A stretch of 63,793 nt of DNA, counting the filler, from Choristocarpus tenellus KU-1152 (Eukaryota > Protista > Phaeophyceae): the NCBI GenBank assembly GCA_964200185.2. It is 11 parts of 11 records of this genome, joined end to end, with 100 filler letters (N's around TTAATTAATTAA, not from the genome) between each part and the next. Parts side by side here need not be neighbours in the genome. Positions count along the whole stretch, not along the records: positions 26,039 to 30,901 come from CAXNAD020012746.1; positions 31,002 to 33,672 come from CAXNAD020025777.1; positions 33,773 to 37,185 come from CAXNAD020020209.1; positions 37,286 to 40,786 come from CAXNAD020019607.1; 7 more parts are not named here. One strand, given 5' to 3'. A model generated the notes under the pieces. It did no database searches. It saw nothing but the letters and a program-made list of their open reading frames with translations, and was not told the DNA's origin. The translations under genes and the position numbers were made by a program. Below, in pieces: positions 26,155 to 39,408 of the stretch; within the stretch, counting starts at the first letter, position 1; every line of letters begins with the position of its first letter.

Positions 26155-28746
26155 ACGGAGCCACTGCACAGGAGAATTAAACCAAACCCTGGAACTGTGA
26201 TGATGCTCTTGCCAGCCCGGTTGTGGAGCACCTCCACATGCTGATGACAGAAAAGGTGCAGTGATACGGGGAAGATATAGAACTGGTGAACTGATCAAGG
26301 TGAGAAATGGTTCATTACCTACTGCTCAACGATAACATCGGAGGGCTGGAAGAAGAGGGAGCAATAGATAGGTTTCCTCCTGACCAGTGAGTTGCCCCAC
26401 TGCCATTTCTGGAGAGAAAGGTGGGATTTGGGAGGAGTTGACCTATCAAACCACTACAAGGTAACACCCCTACCTCTAGTATAGCGTGTAGTGTAGTTCA
26501 GGTTAGCGATGTACCTCGGTCATTGCACAACCCTGGGCTATGAAAAATGAAGTATATTGTTGTATGTTTAGTGTCCTTTTATATACACTATATTAAGCAT
26601 TATTCGAACACTATTCAAAACATGTTTCTTGCGAGTAGGTACAATAATCTGTCGGAGACTCTATTCTGCCACTAGATACTCTAAAACACTGCCCTTTTTG
26701 TTAGTGTGACAGATTGTTGCACTCGCTGACAGAATGTAAAAAAAACATGTTTTCAGAATGACTGTAGTGATGTGTGTAATTGCTACAAAATAGTTGGTTG
26801 CATAGACAACGAAGGTAAGAAGCAGTCTTGTAGACATACCGATGTTGATAAGTTATAGCAAGGTGTTTTTGACAATAAGATTTTATCGACTATCATATGG
26901 AAGGCACTTCCGTTTTGATCCACGCTAGAGTTGTGCTTTGTAGGCTGATGACACTGAAATGTCCTTCAGGGGATGGTCTTCACGAGGAATCCAGTCGGGA
27001 CCAGCCTCCACCCTGATTTGTCCTGTGGGAGGATAATATTTTTGGGAGTTTGTGCATCGTTACTATTCTTTTAATGTTGCTTATAGATGCCGTTCCAGAA
27101 GTAGTAAGTATATCCTATTAGTATTCCTCTCCTTCGCCCTTTCCATGACTCATATATAACAAACTGTAGAAGTTTCAAGAGGGATAATAATATTGACTAG
27201 TTTTGTGTAGTGGCCAATGACATGACTTGGGAAGTATATTTTTTATTGTCTGCATATCAGTCTGGGGATTATCCTGGCCTGTGGTCATAGGCACTACACA
27301 ATGCACTACTTCTCATACCAAGTGCTGTTTAACTATGGTGCTTTGATTCGACTAATGAGCCAAACAAACTCAGAGATATGCAGGGTTACATTTTGAGGAT
27401 CTGGAGAAAGGGAAAAAATATGCCAATTGATACAGTTGCAGAAAGAATCTCCCCAAAATTGTGGTGTCACTTTTATATATGTGGGTAGGGGGAATATCAA
27501 TTTTGTGGATACTATTGTCCACATAAAGTATGAAATAAAGTGTATTGCACGGGGAAATAAAGATGACTTAGGATGCAAAATGATCCAAACTTGCCCACCT
27601 CTCAGTTGGTTCAGCCCTTATTGTACTGAAAGGCTCGGTTCCTGCCTTGCTTCTCGCATAATGAATTTCAGTACTCTACCGCAAGTCGCTTCTACTCTCC
27701 CCTTGAATCTTGTGCTGGACCTTTCTCGAAGTTCCCACCCTGAACTTTGTTCGACTTCTTTGTGATACAGACACAGAAAGGATTCTAAGGTGCGCAGGTG
27801 TACAATCCGTTCCGCTTTTGACATGGAATTGCATAATGGATAAGACATTTCCGTGAAAAGAAATCTGTTATGGAAGGGGTTCGAACCAGCGAGATTCATG
27901 CGGGTAGCTTCCACCTTCAAAACTCACTACTACAGAACATTCTGCACACAAGAACAGAACTGGATTGCTTAGACGATCGGTGAAATACACAAGCTTTGAA
28001 TAATAAATATCTTACTTTCGTAAAATACCCCTTTAATAGGAAAGGTATGATAGAGATTCTGATACGGGTAACAGGAAAAAATGATAATATCAACAAAATG
28101 ATGGTGGTTGAATTTGAAAGAGGAATGTACCTTCTATTCTATACATGTGTGTGACAGATAAAGTATCCAACAAAAGTCAGTTGGATTTGGCGATTGATTT
28201 TAATATTAGTCGTAGGTGGTTTGGTGAGATCGTGAAGGGTAGAAAGTCAAGAGGACAAGAAGATGGAGAATCTAATTATGTGGTGTAATTCTGTCTTTTA
28301 TTGTATAGAGGTACTTCAAAGAGAGAGAGAAGTAGTACGGAACGAAGAGATATATATAGGAGTAATTACTTAGAATTATTTTTTTAATTCTTCCCTCTTT
28401 TCAATTGGTACATTATGAAAATGATTGGTGGGTCTGCGATCCATGAGGAAATCTATATTCTGATTTATTAGATACCTCCTCTACTCATTATCGCATTCTG
28501 ATTGGATAGTGGAAGTCTATAAAAAATATGACAGTTGTCAACGAGTCGCTTAGCGGATGTGAGATACAAATGATACAACTACAGTACACAGGAGACAAGA
28601 GGGTTCGGGGGTGATCGACGCTTCTACGTGGCGTTGCAATTCGATAGGCTTGAGCAGTGTCTTCAAAGCTTTGACATTGGCTAGCACCACGTGCGAACTG
28701 GAGCGTGAGGTTGGGCGGAGCTTAGTTGTCAGCTGTAGTTGTGGCC

Positions 28747-30755
28747 ATGCCATGGGCAGCTGTGGCACTATGGCTGGTACTTCTGACCAGAGCAGTGGCG
28801 GAAGTTGTTAAGGAGGCTTACGATGAATTCGGGAATAGTCTCGGTCAGTTCGTGGCCGATTCATCGCCTCAGCCCTGGACGGAGAGTCTGGTTATTAGTG
28901 GGCTATTTTTCCACCCAAATGCCTCCTACTAGTGAGTGAGAGTCATTTGTGGCGAAGGTTTGATGTTTTTTTGATTCCGTGAGTTCGATCCTCAAAGTAC
29001 CATAATTGGCGTGCTTAACACTTCGCAAGGAAACTGTTATAACTTCTCAAGGTCAATACGGGGTAGGATAGCTCTGTACGACTCTTTGTTATCTCTGTGC
29101 TGAGATATACTGGCTTGGTCACACTTTCCCGAAATTTTCCCGATCCTTAGCGTGGTGGGAGAAGGAAGCGTGGAGGTGGAGTTCTGGCACCCATTTGATG
29201 AGGAAGGAGGCGGAAAAGACATGGCAGCAATACATATTGATGTAGCAGCAGATTTCGTGGAAAATGTGAGTCCTTCGTGCGCTTGAGAATCACCTACCAA
29301 CTCTTCTTTCATGAGTACTCTAGAGAACCCGCCGTTGTAGATAGGTGTATTCCACTCTTCTATTGATTCACAGCCAATGATAACCAACTAAGTTGTGTCG
29401 TTATAGAAGTGTCACCCGTGACATCGTAGTGAAGACTGGGGCTGTCCTTAAAGTGGTGAGGAAATCGATCCTGGAACGTGATGAAGCTACCGAGGCTACT
29501 TTCTTGGGATTAGGGAGATACACCTGGTAAACCACGGATGAGGTGAGGTTCTGACGCATCATCGATGGATGCACACACTTATGAAAACCTTGGGATTATA
29601 CGTGCTAAGTCGGGCTTCGGACAATATTCTGCTCGGAGGAAAGGTTTGGATGGATGAGCAAGTTGTGGGGTAGGTCTCTCCTGCAAAGTGATCTTACGGA
29701 CCATTTACCTCTGTGTAGGTCCTTTTACCAGGTTAGTGTTATGAGAAGCGACGTTCTACTTATTTTCTGCCTTGTTTATATGAGTGATGCCTTTCTGGGA
29801 GCTCCTGTGCACATTATGTCATGGCAAGGACAAGATCGCGCAATAGTGGGATGACACCTTATTGTTCCCCTTCATCAACCTTCCCTTGACCCCCCGTGAG
29901 CCTTTGTACACCCAGAATTTCACGACTCTCCAAAAGAGGACAATGTAAGTTCATGGTTCCTTCCACTGGCTTGAATTTGGTGTATTGCTCTCAGAACAGC
30001 AATCACTTCTAGTGCGAGAAAGGGGTGAAAGAAGATTTGAGCAGGACTTGGTGGGGTTCAAGATATGGAAGTTTGAGAGATGCCCCTATGATCAAGGATG
30101 CCAAGGAGGACATAGGAATTGGGGTTTAGCGTTGCATGTGGTGCGGGAATGGCCGGGCCAGTCCCTATTCCTAATGGGGTGGTGACTGGAGAAGCAGCTC
30201 CAGGGTTGACTTAAAGCATGCTCCTGGAGTTGTACTCAGCCCACCTACACTGTCGATGTTTCATATTTTCGAGATTAGTTGAGAGTAGATTTTGATTTTC
30301 TGCCTTACAGATCACAGCTGGGTAGGACATTTTGTCCAGAACACGGTTCTGTTGCGGCAACCTCATCTAGGCACCGTCTCAATATTGCTATTTGTGTGTG
30401 ATGTCCCTGGTGTGGATCCTTTGCCCCTACACCACTTGCATGACCCTAAAACTGAGAGACGCTTGTGGCAGTATTTTGCGTCACATGCTCATATGCACGC
30501 AGTGCATGTGTGCAGTGGCCCTCAAATACTGAATCTCCCTCCGTCCCAATCCCTCGCAACGCTGGTGCCTATACATGCCACCGTTGTACTGTGTGTGTGT
30601 GTGTGTGTGTGTGCCAGTATCAGAACCAAGTGGGTGATGAGTCCAGTACCATCCAGGTCAAGGTCGTGAACAAGGGTTGGACTGGCGTGGTGATGGATGA
30701 CATGTCCTGCGGAGAGGACTCCTGTCCAGCCGTCATCCTTGCCGGCACCACGCAG
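28747..30755 (+). CDS. 5' part of a multi-exon gene for an unknown secreted/membrane protein (3' end beyond contig)
   Basis: Exon 28747-28931 MPWAAVALWLVLLTRAVA-EVVKEAYDEFG...HPNASY (signal-peptide-like) splices TA|gtgagt to exon 29151-29265 (YVVGEGSVEVEFWHPFDEEGGGKDMAAIHIDVAADFVEN|gtgagt). Exon 30618-30755 reads YQNQVGDESSTIQVKVVNKGWTGVVMDDMSCGEDSCPAVILAGTTQ|gt. The middle exons are unresolved. Confidence 0.55.
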
Positions 30756-31001
30756 GTAGAGTTAAATAAAATAAAATAATTTGTCACCGTATTTTTCTCG
30801 GCTGGATGAGAATCGTCTACCACAGAAAAAAAAAATGGGATGAGTAATGCCTTCCAAGGATAACCTGCCCCTGTCCGGTGGCCGCTCCTTTTTGTTTCCT
30901 TNNNNNNNNNNNNNNNNNNNNNNNNNNNNNNNNNNNNNNNNNNNNTTAATTAATTAANNNNNNNNNNNNNNNNNNNNNNNNNNNNNNNNNNNNNNNNNNN
31001 N

Positions 31002-32200
31002 TTTAAGGTCGTTGGATTTGAGTTGTACATCCTGGAAGGTGAGCATTGAGGGGCGCCTGTAACACAACAAGTACAGGCACAGATGCCAACAAGTTGGGGG
31101 GGGTTGGGCCTATTCTCAGTGAAGCATTGCTGGCATGTAGCCTTTGTAGGATCACTGGTGGCCACTCTCCCCACCCTCTTAGCAAGGCAACAAGGGCCTC
31201 ATGGAGAGTCTTTCTCACAAGCCGTCTGTATGAGCTCCATATTTAGGGCCCTGGGATCATTTATCCAGTTCAACTCTTTCCAAACACAATTGACCAACCT
31301 ACCAGACGATGCAGAACAAGGGGGGGAGAGTTCTTCACAAGCCCTGGCCCGTCAGCGAAGCCATTGTGGACAAGGGGCAAATGCATCGGCCTCTACGCAA
31401 CCCCTGGAACCAGCACGCCATATCCCTCTCATAGAGTTTAGACTCACAACCATCAGATCCCTATGGAGAGAGGAGGCCCTATCGAACAGGTGTCCAGTGG
31501 CTTGGTGCAGGAGCCATAATGTGGACACTAGACATGCTCATACCTACCCTAGGACAGGGGGATATACCCGCCAACACTCACTGATGGTGACGCGTATAAG
31601 TTCACTCTGCAAAGAAATGGGCATCTCTTGCACTGTGAAGGACGGTAACCCATTCACCATGGACAGGAATTTCCGCATAGATGTGGTCTTCCATGCTGGG
31701 GCAATTGTGGACGCCGGATCGGCTCCATACCGGGACAAACGCCTCCTCCTAGATGTTACATCTTGCGGAAGTGCAAGCAGCCTCCAATCTACCCCCACTC
31801 ATCCACCAGCAATGGTGTAGCTGCTGCTCCAGCTGAGGCATGAAATGGCACCCACTACGAGGGTTCTTTTGACCCTCGTAGTTTTAACCTCAACACCTTC
31901 ACGGTGGAGTGTTTTGCGCACCTCGGTAAGCAAGCAAAAAAATCTGGATAAGGTGACTACGCACGCGGTAGGGGGGAGAGGGGTGGGAGGCTACAGCAGG
32001 AAAGGAGTTGTCAAACCCCGTTTACGGCAGATAGTATCCGTCACAACACAGGTAGCTCTATCAAGACATATCATTCGTTTTAAGCTGGAGATACTAGGGA
32101 GATGGGCAAGGAGTGGCCTGCCTGTCAGATTCTTGGGGTGCTTCCTTAGCTCCTCACCCTGTGGTGTAGGGCTAAGCTACGCTGGAGGCATAGCAGGGGA
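31002..32200 (+). mobile_element. Decayed 3' part of an RLE-type (CRE/R2-like) non-LTR retrotransposon
   Basis: MPTSWGGLG (post-RT LP..GGLG), CPVAWC..H.H (CCHC remnant), RQH, FRIDVV...LLLDVT, then HYEGSFDPRSFNLNTFTVECFAHLG. This order fits a restriction-like endonuclease C-terminus. Frameshifted. Confidence 0.75.
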
Positions 32201-32295
32201 TTAGTGTAGCATAGCTGGTAGTCAGTCGCGAATAGATTCTAGAGATATATCTTTAATATTTAAGACAACTGATACTTTTACAGGGATTCTCATGA

Positions 32296-32476
32296 GGCTC
32301 AAAGTATCTGGGAGGGGGTGGCGGCTGTCCATTTGGGGTCAAATTTTTCATGTCGCGATTTGTGGATGATTTGGTTGCGTACGTTAGATAGATACTGTAA
32401 ACGCACCTTTCCTGATTTTGATCCAAAATGGACACTCTGGTGTAGACCCCCCCCCCCCTCTCGGATACTTTAGGTC
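32296..32476 (+). mobile_element. MITE family B, near-complete ~180-bp copy
   Basis: GGCTCAAAGTATCTGGGAGGGGG...CCCCCCTCTCGGATACTTT. The body recurs inverted at 45632-45812 and ~51440-51617. Confidence 0.85.
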
Positions 32477-32724
32477 TGATATTGAACTTTTCCCCTCACA
32501 CATTGGCAAAATGTCAAAGGGCATAATTTATATGCTTCATATGCCCCATTGACATTTTTGTACATTTGACAAGGACAACAAAGGTTTATGACAAGGACTG
32601 CTGCAAAAACAACAGTTGTGGTTGATACCTAGATACCTCTCAAGAAGGTATTTAATATAGGTAGACCAACCCCCCCCCTTTAGACCGACTTTTCAAATGA
32701 TAGGCCAGTATGGTTGTAGAAATA

Positions 32725-33065
32725 ACCTTTTTAGCAACCTGTTGAAGTGCGCTCAAACCCATCACCCACGGCTTTGTTGAAGGTATCTTTTGAGCAACCT
32801 TTTGAAGTATGCCCCGAACCTATGGCCTTTGGGTGGGTTTGTTGAAGGTGTCTTTTTGGACGACCTTTCGAAGTGTCCTCCAAACCTATGACCCTTAAGT
32901 AAAAAAAAATTGGGGGGCAATTTTTCAAACTGTAGGTAGGTATAAAAAAAGTATTTTAGCAATCTTTCGAAGCACGTTCCAATCGTATGGTCCTTGGGTT
33001 TCTAAAAAATTGAGCAATGAAACAATCTTTTAAAGTGCGCTCCAAACCTACTATGGGAGTATGAT
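32725..33065. repeat. Degenerate short tandem repeats (GAAGTGCGCTC(C)AAACCTATG-type core)
   Basis: About five imperfect copies of ACC/TTT.GAAGT..CTCCAAACCTATG. Confidence 0.55.
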
Positions 33066-33594
33066 CCTTAGGGTTAGGCGCTCAGAGGTGTTTGACACGA
33101 ATGAAGTATGAACAGGCACCACGATCGAGTGTGTATAGGTTATACACACATTGGTACAACTTCGATGAAAGAAATGTGCAATTTACCTTGGGAGGTAATG
33201 CCATTTGTCAGTAGTGAAGACAAGAAGATGTGAAGCCTCACACGGTTCCCCATTGCTGAACGTGATCACACGGTTGAAATTAGAGGAGTGACCTTTGTGG
33301 GGTGTCTTCTCATTGCTTTTTATTATTATTTGTGTCTCATACATAAGTCAACAGTTAGGTCAAAGTAGTTGAATGCATAGTAAAAACCCAAACATATTCC
33401 GATTTATTACCCGCATGTACTATCTCATTAGTTACATCTCTCGCCCACAAAATAAGGTACATCTCACAATTGTCCTATTTGGCACAACAAGCGCAGGCTC
33501 ACGAAACACATGTTACTGGACATGCAGCTAGACCAAAGAGAGAGTCGATATTGTCTTATTAATAGACTATCTTTGTCTTGCTAGCTTCATTGTA

Positions 33595-33672
33595 GAGCTA
33601 AATTATCTTAGAGGGTAGAGTCGCGTCCATTTGGGGCCCAAAATCCAACGTTGCGATTTTGATGTAATATTG
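33595..33672 (-). mobile_element. MITE family A right end, truncated by contig end
   Basis: GAGCTAAATTATCTTAGAGGGTAGAGTCGCGTCCATTTGGGG is the reverse complement of the family A right end. Confidence 0.85.
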
Positions 33673-33899
33673 NNNNNNNNNNNNNNNNNNNNNNNNNNNN
33701 NNNNNNNNNNNNNNNNTTAATTAATTAANNNNNNNNNNNNNNNNNNNNNNNNNNNNNNNNNNNNNNNNNNNNCAGCAGAAATGAAATGAATGTCACTTCC
33801 AGGTCCTACCATATCAATAGGCAGCGTTGGGGATCCAGCTCACGGCAATTACTCTGCACTTGACTCAACGTTCAGAAGAAAAACTTCTACACCAGAGTC

Positions 33900-34800
33900 T
33901 CATACACACATCAAAAGTAGGGTACTGTCTAAAAAGACTCCACCCCTTCCAAGATAAACAAACACAAATACAGACACAAAACCATATTAGCACTGAACTT
34001 GGGTATTGCCATGGACTCTCCCCTTTCAGAACTAGAACACAGAAACGACAGGACACTAAGACCATGACTCACAGTCACAAAAGAGATTGGCTGCTGTCAT
34101 GGAAAGGCCTACCCTTGCTAGGAACTATGAATATATACCAAAAAATTATAACATCTCACNNNNNNNNNNAGAGAGCATCTCAGCAAGTCTCTCCCTCTTC
34201 ACAACTATCAGCAAAAATAAATATAGACACAAAATTACAATAGCACTCAAATAGGGTACTGCTTAGACTTTCCCCCTACACAACTATAAACTCAAATTAT
34301 TGGATACCAAGATGTCTCAGAGTTACAAACAAAAACAAGGTCCTGCCATATAAAGGCTTGCTCAACCAATAAACAAAGAACATACAAACAAAGGACTCAG
34401 AAAAATAGGGAGTGTCATAGTAAGACTCTCCTCCCTCACAAGTATCAATACAAATGGATATGGATGCAAAATTACAATATCACTGAAATAGGGTGTTGTC
34501 ATAGACTCTCCCCCCTCAGAACTAAACACAAACAACTATAGGACACCCATTAAAATGCCTCACGGTCGCATAGAGGTGGGGTGCTGCCATGGAAAGGCTT
34601 ACCTTCCCTAGGGACTATGAACATCAAACAAACAAGACAAGCGTCTTCCAATATCATTAAAATAGGAAGTGTCATAGCAAGACTCTCCTGCTTCAGAACT
34701 ATCAACACAAACAAGTACAAGACACAAGAATAGTCTTTCGATAAACACAGACAAAATGTCTAGCAATAACATACAAATCTATGTCATAGCAAGACTTTTC
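33900..34800. repeat. Degenerate satellite-like array (~75-80-bp units)
   Basis: Recurrent TAGGG..TGTCATAG..AGACTCTCCCC.TCA.AACTA.AAC motif. Confidence 0.65.
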
Positions 34801-35672
34801 ACACTGGTTAGAGTGCGAAAAGGCAGACATGCTATTCGCCTGTAACATGCCCCCCAGCGTAAACTAGGAATACATGTTTCACGCTTACCACAGGCGATTG
34901 TGACGGATCAAGACAATAGATATCATCCAAATGCAACTGTGTTTCCACTTCTCTGTGCCGACGTACCGTAATCCGATCTTACCCCCGAAATGGCCTTAGT
35001 GAGACAAATATGGGTGGAGTAAAATCTCTGATTCGACAATAATGTCTAGGTGAACGGGAGTGGTCTCTGCGTTCTTCTCTGGTCCTCCTAGTGTTTTGTT
35101 GAGAGTGCCTGTGCCGGCATCTCGACCTGGAGTGGGATTTGCCACGAGTGGAAGACCTAAAACGAACGCGTTCTCTGCACCTGCCTCGGCGTTCGGTGGA
35201 GTGGACACGGTTGTTGCGATAATTTCGTTTTGAGGTGTGGTACTGGTCTGGGATATCTCTGAATCATTGATTTCCAGCAGAACCTGTGAAACAAAAGAAC
35301 AGCGTGACACACAAAAAACAGATCGGGAATGTAAGTATACAAATGGCGAGGAAGAACTACCTAGGCAAAGTCTATACCATGGCGTTCAGAAACCACTCGT
35401 TTAAGACTCTAGATGGATGATGTGGCAGTCAGAGAACACTCGTTGTACAACTGTAGAAGGATGATGGTTCCCTTGGAGTCACAGATGCCATCACACCCAC
35501 AGAGACGATGAGGCCATGAAGAAGAAGACCCTGTAGACGATGAATGAAGACCACACCCCCAACCAGAAAAAATAGAGAATCCAGGCAGACGTAGGGAGCT
35601 ACAAGGAATCCTAAGTGTTGAAGTGGATACTGAGTAATCCCTCCAGTTTGAAGAGAGGCGGTAGGACCTCCA

Positions 35673-35980
35673 TGTTACAGGCGCCCCCAAAAGCTTACCT
35701 CCACGGGATGTATAGCTCCAATCTGCGGGCTTATAGATGATACTGATATACGTACAGGACTCCTGATGCACAAGTCGTAAGGTATGTGGATCTCTCACTT
35801 GAATTATCATCAATATCATCGTATGTATAAGAAAGGAACTGATCAACGATGTCTTATCACAATCGGAGACCATAATGACCAAATATTAAATAAATAAGGA
35901 AGTACAAATATATCAAATCTAGAACTTCGATGTCATAATGGTGTTTATGAAACCGCCATCAAGACACATCGCCTGTAACA
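35673..35980. mobile_element. LTR-like unit related to 22104-22557; a further LTR end plus PPT fragment lies at 34833-34929
   Basis: Perfect 11-bp inverted termini TGTTACAGGCG...CGCCTGTAACA and shared AAGCTTACCTCCAC.GGATGTATAGCTCCAATC. No TSD seen. Confidence 0.6.
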
Positions 35981-36952
35981 ATCTGTCGTGTTTTGAGGTT
36001 TTTGTTCCGTTCGGAATTTCCTCAACTGTTCTGAGATGTTCGTTGTGATTTCCCCCTTCTTCAGATAACTTTATTGCCATGACACTTCGTCGACAAGAAT
36101 AATATTTTTACATAATATGTTTCTCAAACAGGTTTGGTTTTGAATTTTCCTCTATCATCTGGAAACTGTATGAAAAATCGAATATTAAAGAACTAGTCAA
36201 CCTACAAAATTACTCCTAGTACTTGTAATTGTGGAAGTGTCAAAGGTGCCAAATCCCCTGCTCAAGGGGGCAATCACAATCACCGGAGTGAACTCTTCCG
36301 CCTCAGAGGGTGAGACCGAGTATCAAAGGTCTTGGCCCAACATCTCAAAGTCAGTTGAGGAATCCAGCACAGAACAAAAACCTCAAAACACAACAGATTT
36401 TGTTTTGCTCACGAATTCTGGATTATTATTATTTGCTTATTCTTTGTTTGCCTTTCCTCTATTCTCTATCCCCCCTTTGATGACCAACCAGTGCGAATGC
36501 CCTTCGCCCCTAATTTCCAGCCATCCCCCACCTTTCAACCCCACACAAGTTACCACTCCCCTCAACCCCACAGCAGTTCCCACACCACTCAACACCACTC
36601 CACAATCATTCTAGAATACCCCTTCATGATCCACTTCAAACTGTGCCTTTGAGCTAGAAGACATCTACCCCTCCATAGCTTGACCTCCCCTCCCCTTCGG
36701 GATTGATTTCTTTGCAGCTCATCCCCTTACCTCCTGACCCGGTTAGACCCAATCTTTCTTACTCTCTGCCATGCCCTTTGAACCCACACTGGGTCCCTCT
36801 GATTAGCCCTTACGTATGCCATAACTGCCTCCGACTTCTTCCCTCCTTCCTTCTGAATTACCAATACTGCTACCCCCATGGTCGCCAATCTCGTAGCTCC
36901 CCCTATCCTACCCGAATGCCAGGCATACTATTCTGGTCCCAACTTAGGTTCC

Positions 36953-37185
36953 GAGTGAAAGTATCTTAGAGGGTAAGAGTTTTGCCCTGATTGTTCATTT
37001 GGGACTTGGCTTCCAATGGGTTCTCTTACGACATTTTCCTAATCCAAAATATTCTGGAGTGGGTAAAATGTATACCTTATGAAAAGGTGTGTCTGGAACA
37101 AGGATACTGACACTTCCTAACAAACAGGATAGCCAAAATTACATCAGAATCGCCACATTGGATTTTGGCCACCAAATGGACGCGG
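36953..37185 (+). mobile_element. MITE family A, truncated by contig end
   Basis: GAGTGAAAGTATCTTAGAGGGTA plus the family body up to CCAAATGGACGCGG. Confidence 0.9.
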
Positions 37186-37774
37186 NNNNNNNNNNNNNNN
37201 NNNNNNNNNNNNNNNNNNNNNNNNNNNNNTTAATTAATTAANNNNNNNNNNNNNNNNNNNNNNNNNNNNNNNNNNNNNNNNNNNNCCCCCCCACACGCAC
37301 AGAATACAGCACCAGATGATAACGACCAAGCACAAACTCGCGAGTGACAAGATCAACAAACAAAAAAAATGAGAAAATTTTTATTATTCTTTTACACTAC
37401 ATTTTTGAAAACTGCACAAGCAGAACAGTTTCATTTGAAACAAGAAGAAAAAAAAAGGTATTGTTGGATATTCTTACAAAAAATATATATGCAAGATGCT
37501 GCAATACTGTATTATAGTAGTGGTACCAAACACATAAAAAAATAAAAATAAGAATAAAAGGTGTGTATCAATTCCGCATATTGAAGACTCTAATTTTCGA
37601 TCTTGAAGTTTGGTTTGCAAAACTATAGGGGTATTTTACATTTTTTTTTCTACCATACTTTATCCAAGTAGTTTTTTTAACACCACCTATACATTCGGGT
37701 TGAAACTATATTAAAATTATACCATTTTGAAGCACTTAACTCAGACAATAAAATTCAGACAACAAAGCAAGTGT

Positions 37775-37960
37775 GTAACATAACCAAATGTCGATGGCAT
37801 AAAGCCTCTACAACACAACCCAGTGCTGACAATGTAACACTTCCATAACACAACCTAATGTTGGCAAACTAACACTTCCACAACACAATCGAATGTCAAC
37901 TGCAAAACACCTCCTTAACAAAACCTAGTGCCGATAACATAACACTTGCACAACACAACT
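37775..37960. repeat. ~38-bp degenerate tandem repeat
   Basis: AACACTTCCA.AACACAACC.A.TG units x5. Confidence 0.7.
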
Positions 37961-38278
37961 TAAACACTTATTTTATGCGTTATACACGACAAAGCACTGT
38001 CCAGGCGCCTGGAATTATACAACAGACAAAATGGCCCCAAGGGCTATCAAAGAATAATAATGCAGAAGTGGACTGCTTTGCAGAATAATTAGTACATGCA
38101 TATATATATATATGTGTCTATATATAACATATTTAAGCATACACAATAAAAAAAAAAATCTTGAAAAAAGAAACCGTTAAAGAGTTTAATGAACTCAGGC
38201 GTTAGTTATAGTTAGTTCTACGGGGACAACGTATGTTTTAACCTACTAACTGGGCCCTGAAGGCCAAGGTGGTACGAG

Positions 38279-38778
38279 ACATTACAGAGTGTAACAATTC
38301 TAACACTGTTGTGGATAGCAAGAGCTGTATAGGTCAAGTATGGCAGATTGCTCTGAGGTAAAGCATTGATTTAAATAGTTGTATTGATTAGGTGACACAA
38401 ATTGCAATCCTAACCCTATGCCTAACAACAAATTCAGTTGATACTTTTATTCATTAGGTGACACAAATTGCAATCCTAACCCTGTCCCTAATAACAAATT
38501 CAGTTGATACTTTTATTCATTAGGTGACCTGAGTCACATGTAACCCTACCCCTATCTGTAATAACTAAAAAATTCCATCAATAGTTGCATTGATTACATG
38601 CCACAAATCACAACCCCAATCCCAATCCAAATCCCAAACCTGTCATCTAAGTAAAATAATCAATAGCTGTATTGATTGGGTGATACAAAACACAACCCCT
38701 AACCCTATCCCAAACATTACAGAGTGTAACAATTCTAACACTGTTGTGGATAACAAGAGCTGTATAGGTCAAGTATGG
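38279..38778. repeat. 65-bp direct repeats (38279-38343, 38714-38778) enclosing 66-bp tandem units
   Basis: ACATTACAGAGTGTAACAATTCTAAC...GTCAAGTATGG occurs twice with 1 mismatch. TTAGGTGAC units start at 38388, 38454 and 38520. Confidence 0.85.
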
Positions 38779-38914
38779 TAAATCAAATAGTTAATAGCTG
38801 TATTGATTCATCACCTGACAAAAACAAACATTTTTTTCTTCTTTCATGGTTACCTGCAAAAATAAACATTGGGGTGTTACACTCATCCACCTGGTGCACT
38901 CACCTTCTACATTC

Positions 38915-39272
38915 CTGTTCAATATTCCTAATCTACATTATTATATATTGCATTCCTATTCTGTATTCCTAGTCTACATTCCTCTTCTACATTCATGTAT
39001 TGCATTAATATATTACATTCCTATCCTGTAATCCTAGTCTACATTCCTCATCTACATTAATGTATTGCATTCATATATTACTTATTATTACATTCATATA
39101 TTACATTCCTCATCTACATTTATGTATTGCATTCATATATTACATTCCTCATCTACATTAATGTATTGCATTCATATATTACTTATTATTACATTCATAT
39201 ATTACATTCCTCATCTACATTAATGTATTGCATTCATATATTACTTATTATTACATTCATATATTACATTCC
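38915..39272. repeat. AT-rich minisatellite (TACATTCCTCATCTACATTAATGTATTGCATTCATATAT-type)
   Basis: Directly visible tandem units. Confidence 0.85.
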
Positions 39273-39408
39273 AAATCTAAACTCTCGCCACACGACACAA
39301 AGATCAGTCATCATTCAAAAGCATTCAACAATAAAAAAAACACAATAATTCATAAAAACATCTCTCCCCCCCCCCTCCCCTTTGCCTTCCCCTATGAGAA
39401 TGTCTTGC

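Noticed and set aside
29407-29450. In-frame CHP-UGA (CxxU selenoprotein-like) if exon 2 splices to the ttatag acceptor
   Set aside because: That frame hits TAA nine codons later with no good donor, another frame is open for longer, and no SECIS can be examined.
34996-35283. Possible minus-strand exon (VLLEINDSEISQTST...)
   Set aside because: It has an acceptor but low complexity, no partner exons or motif, and lies between LTR fragments.
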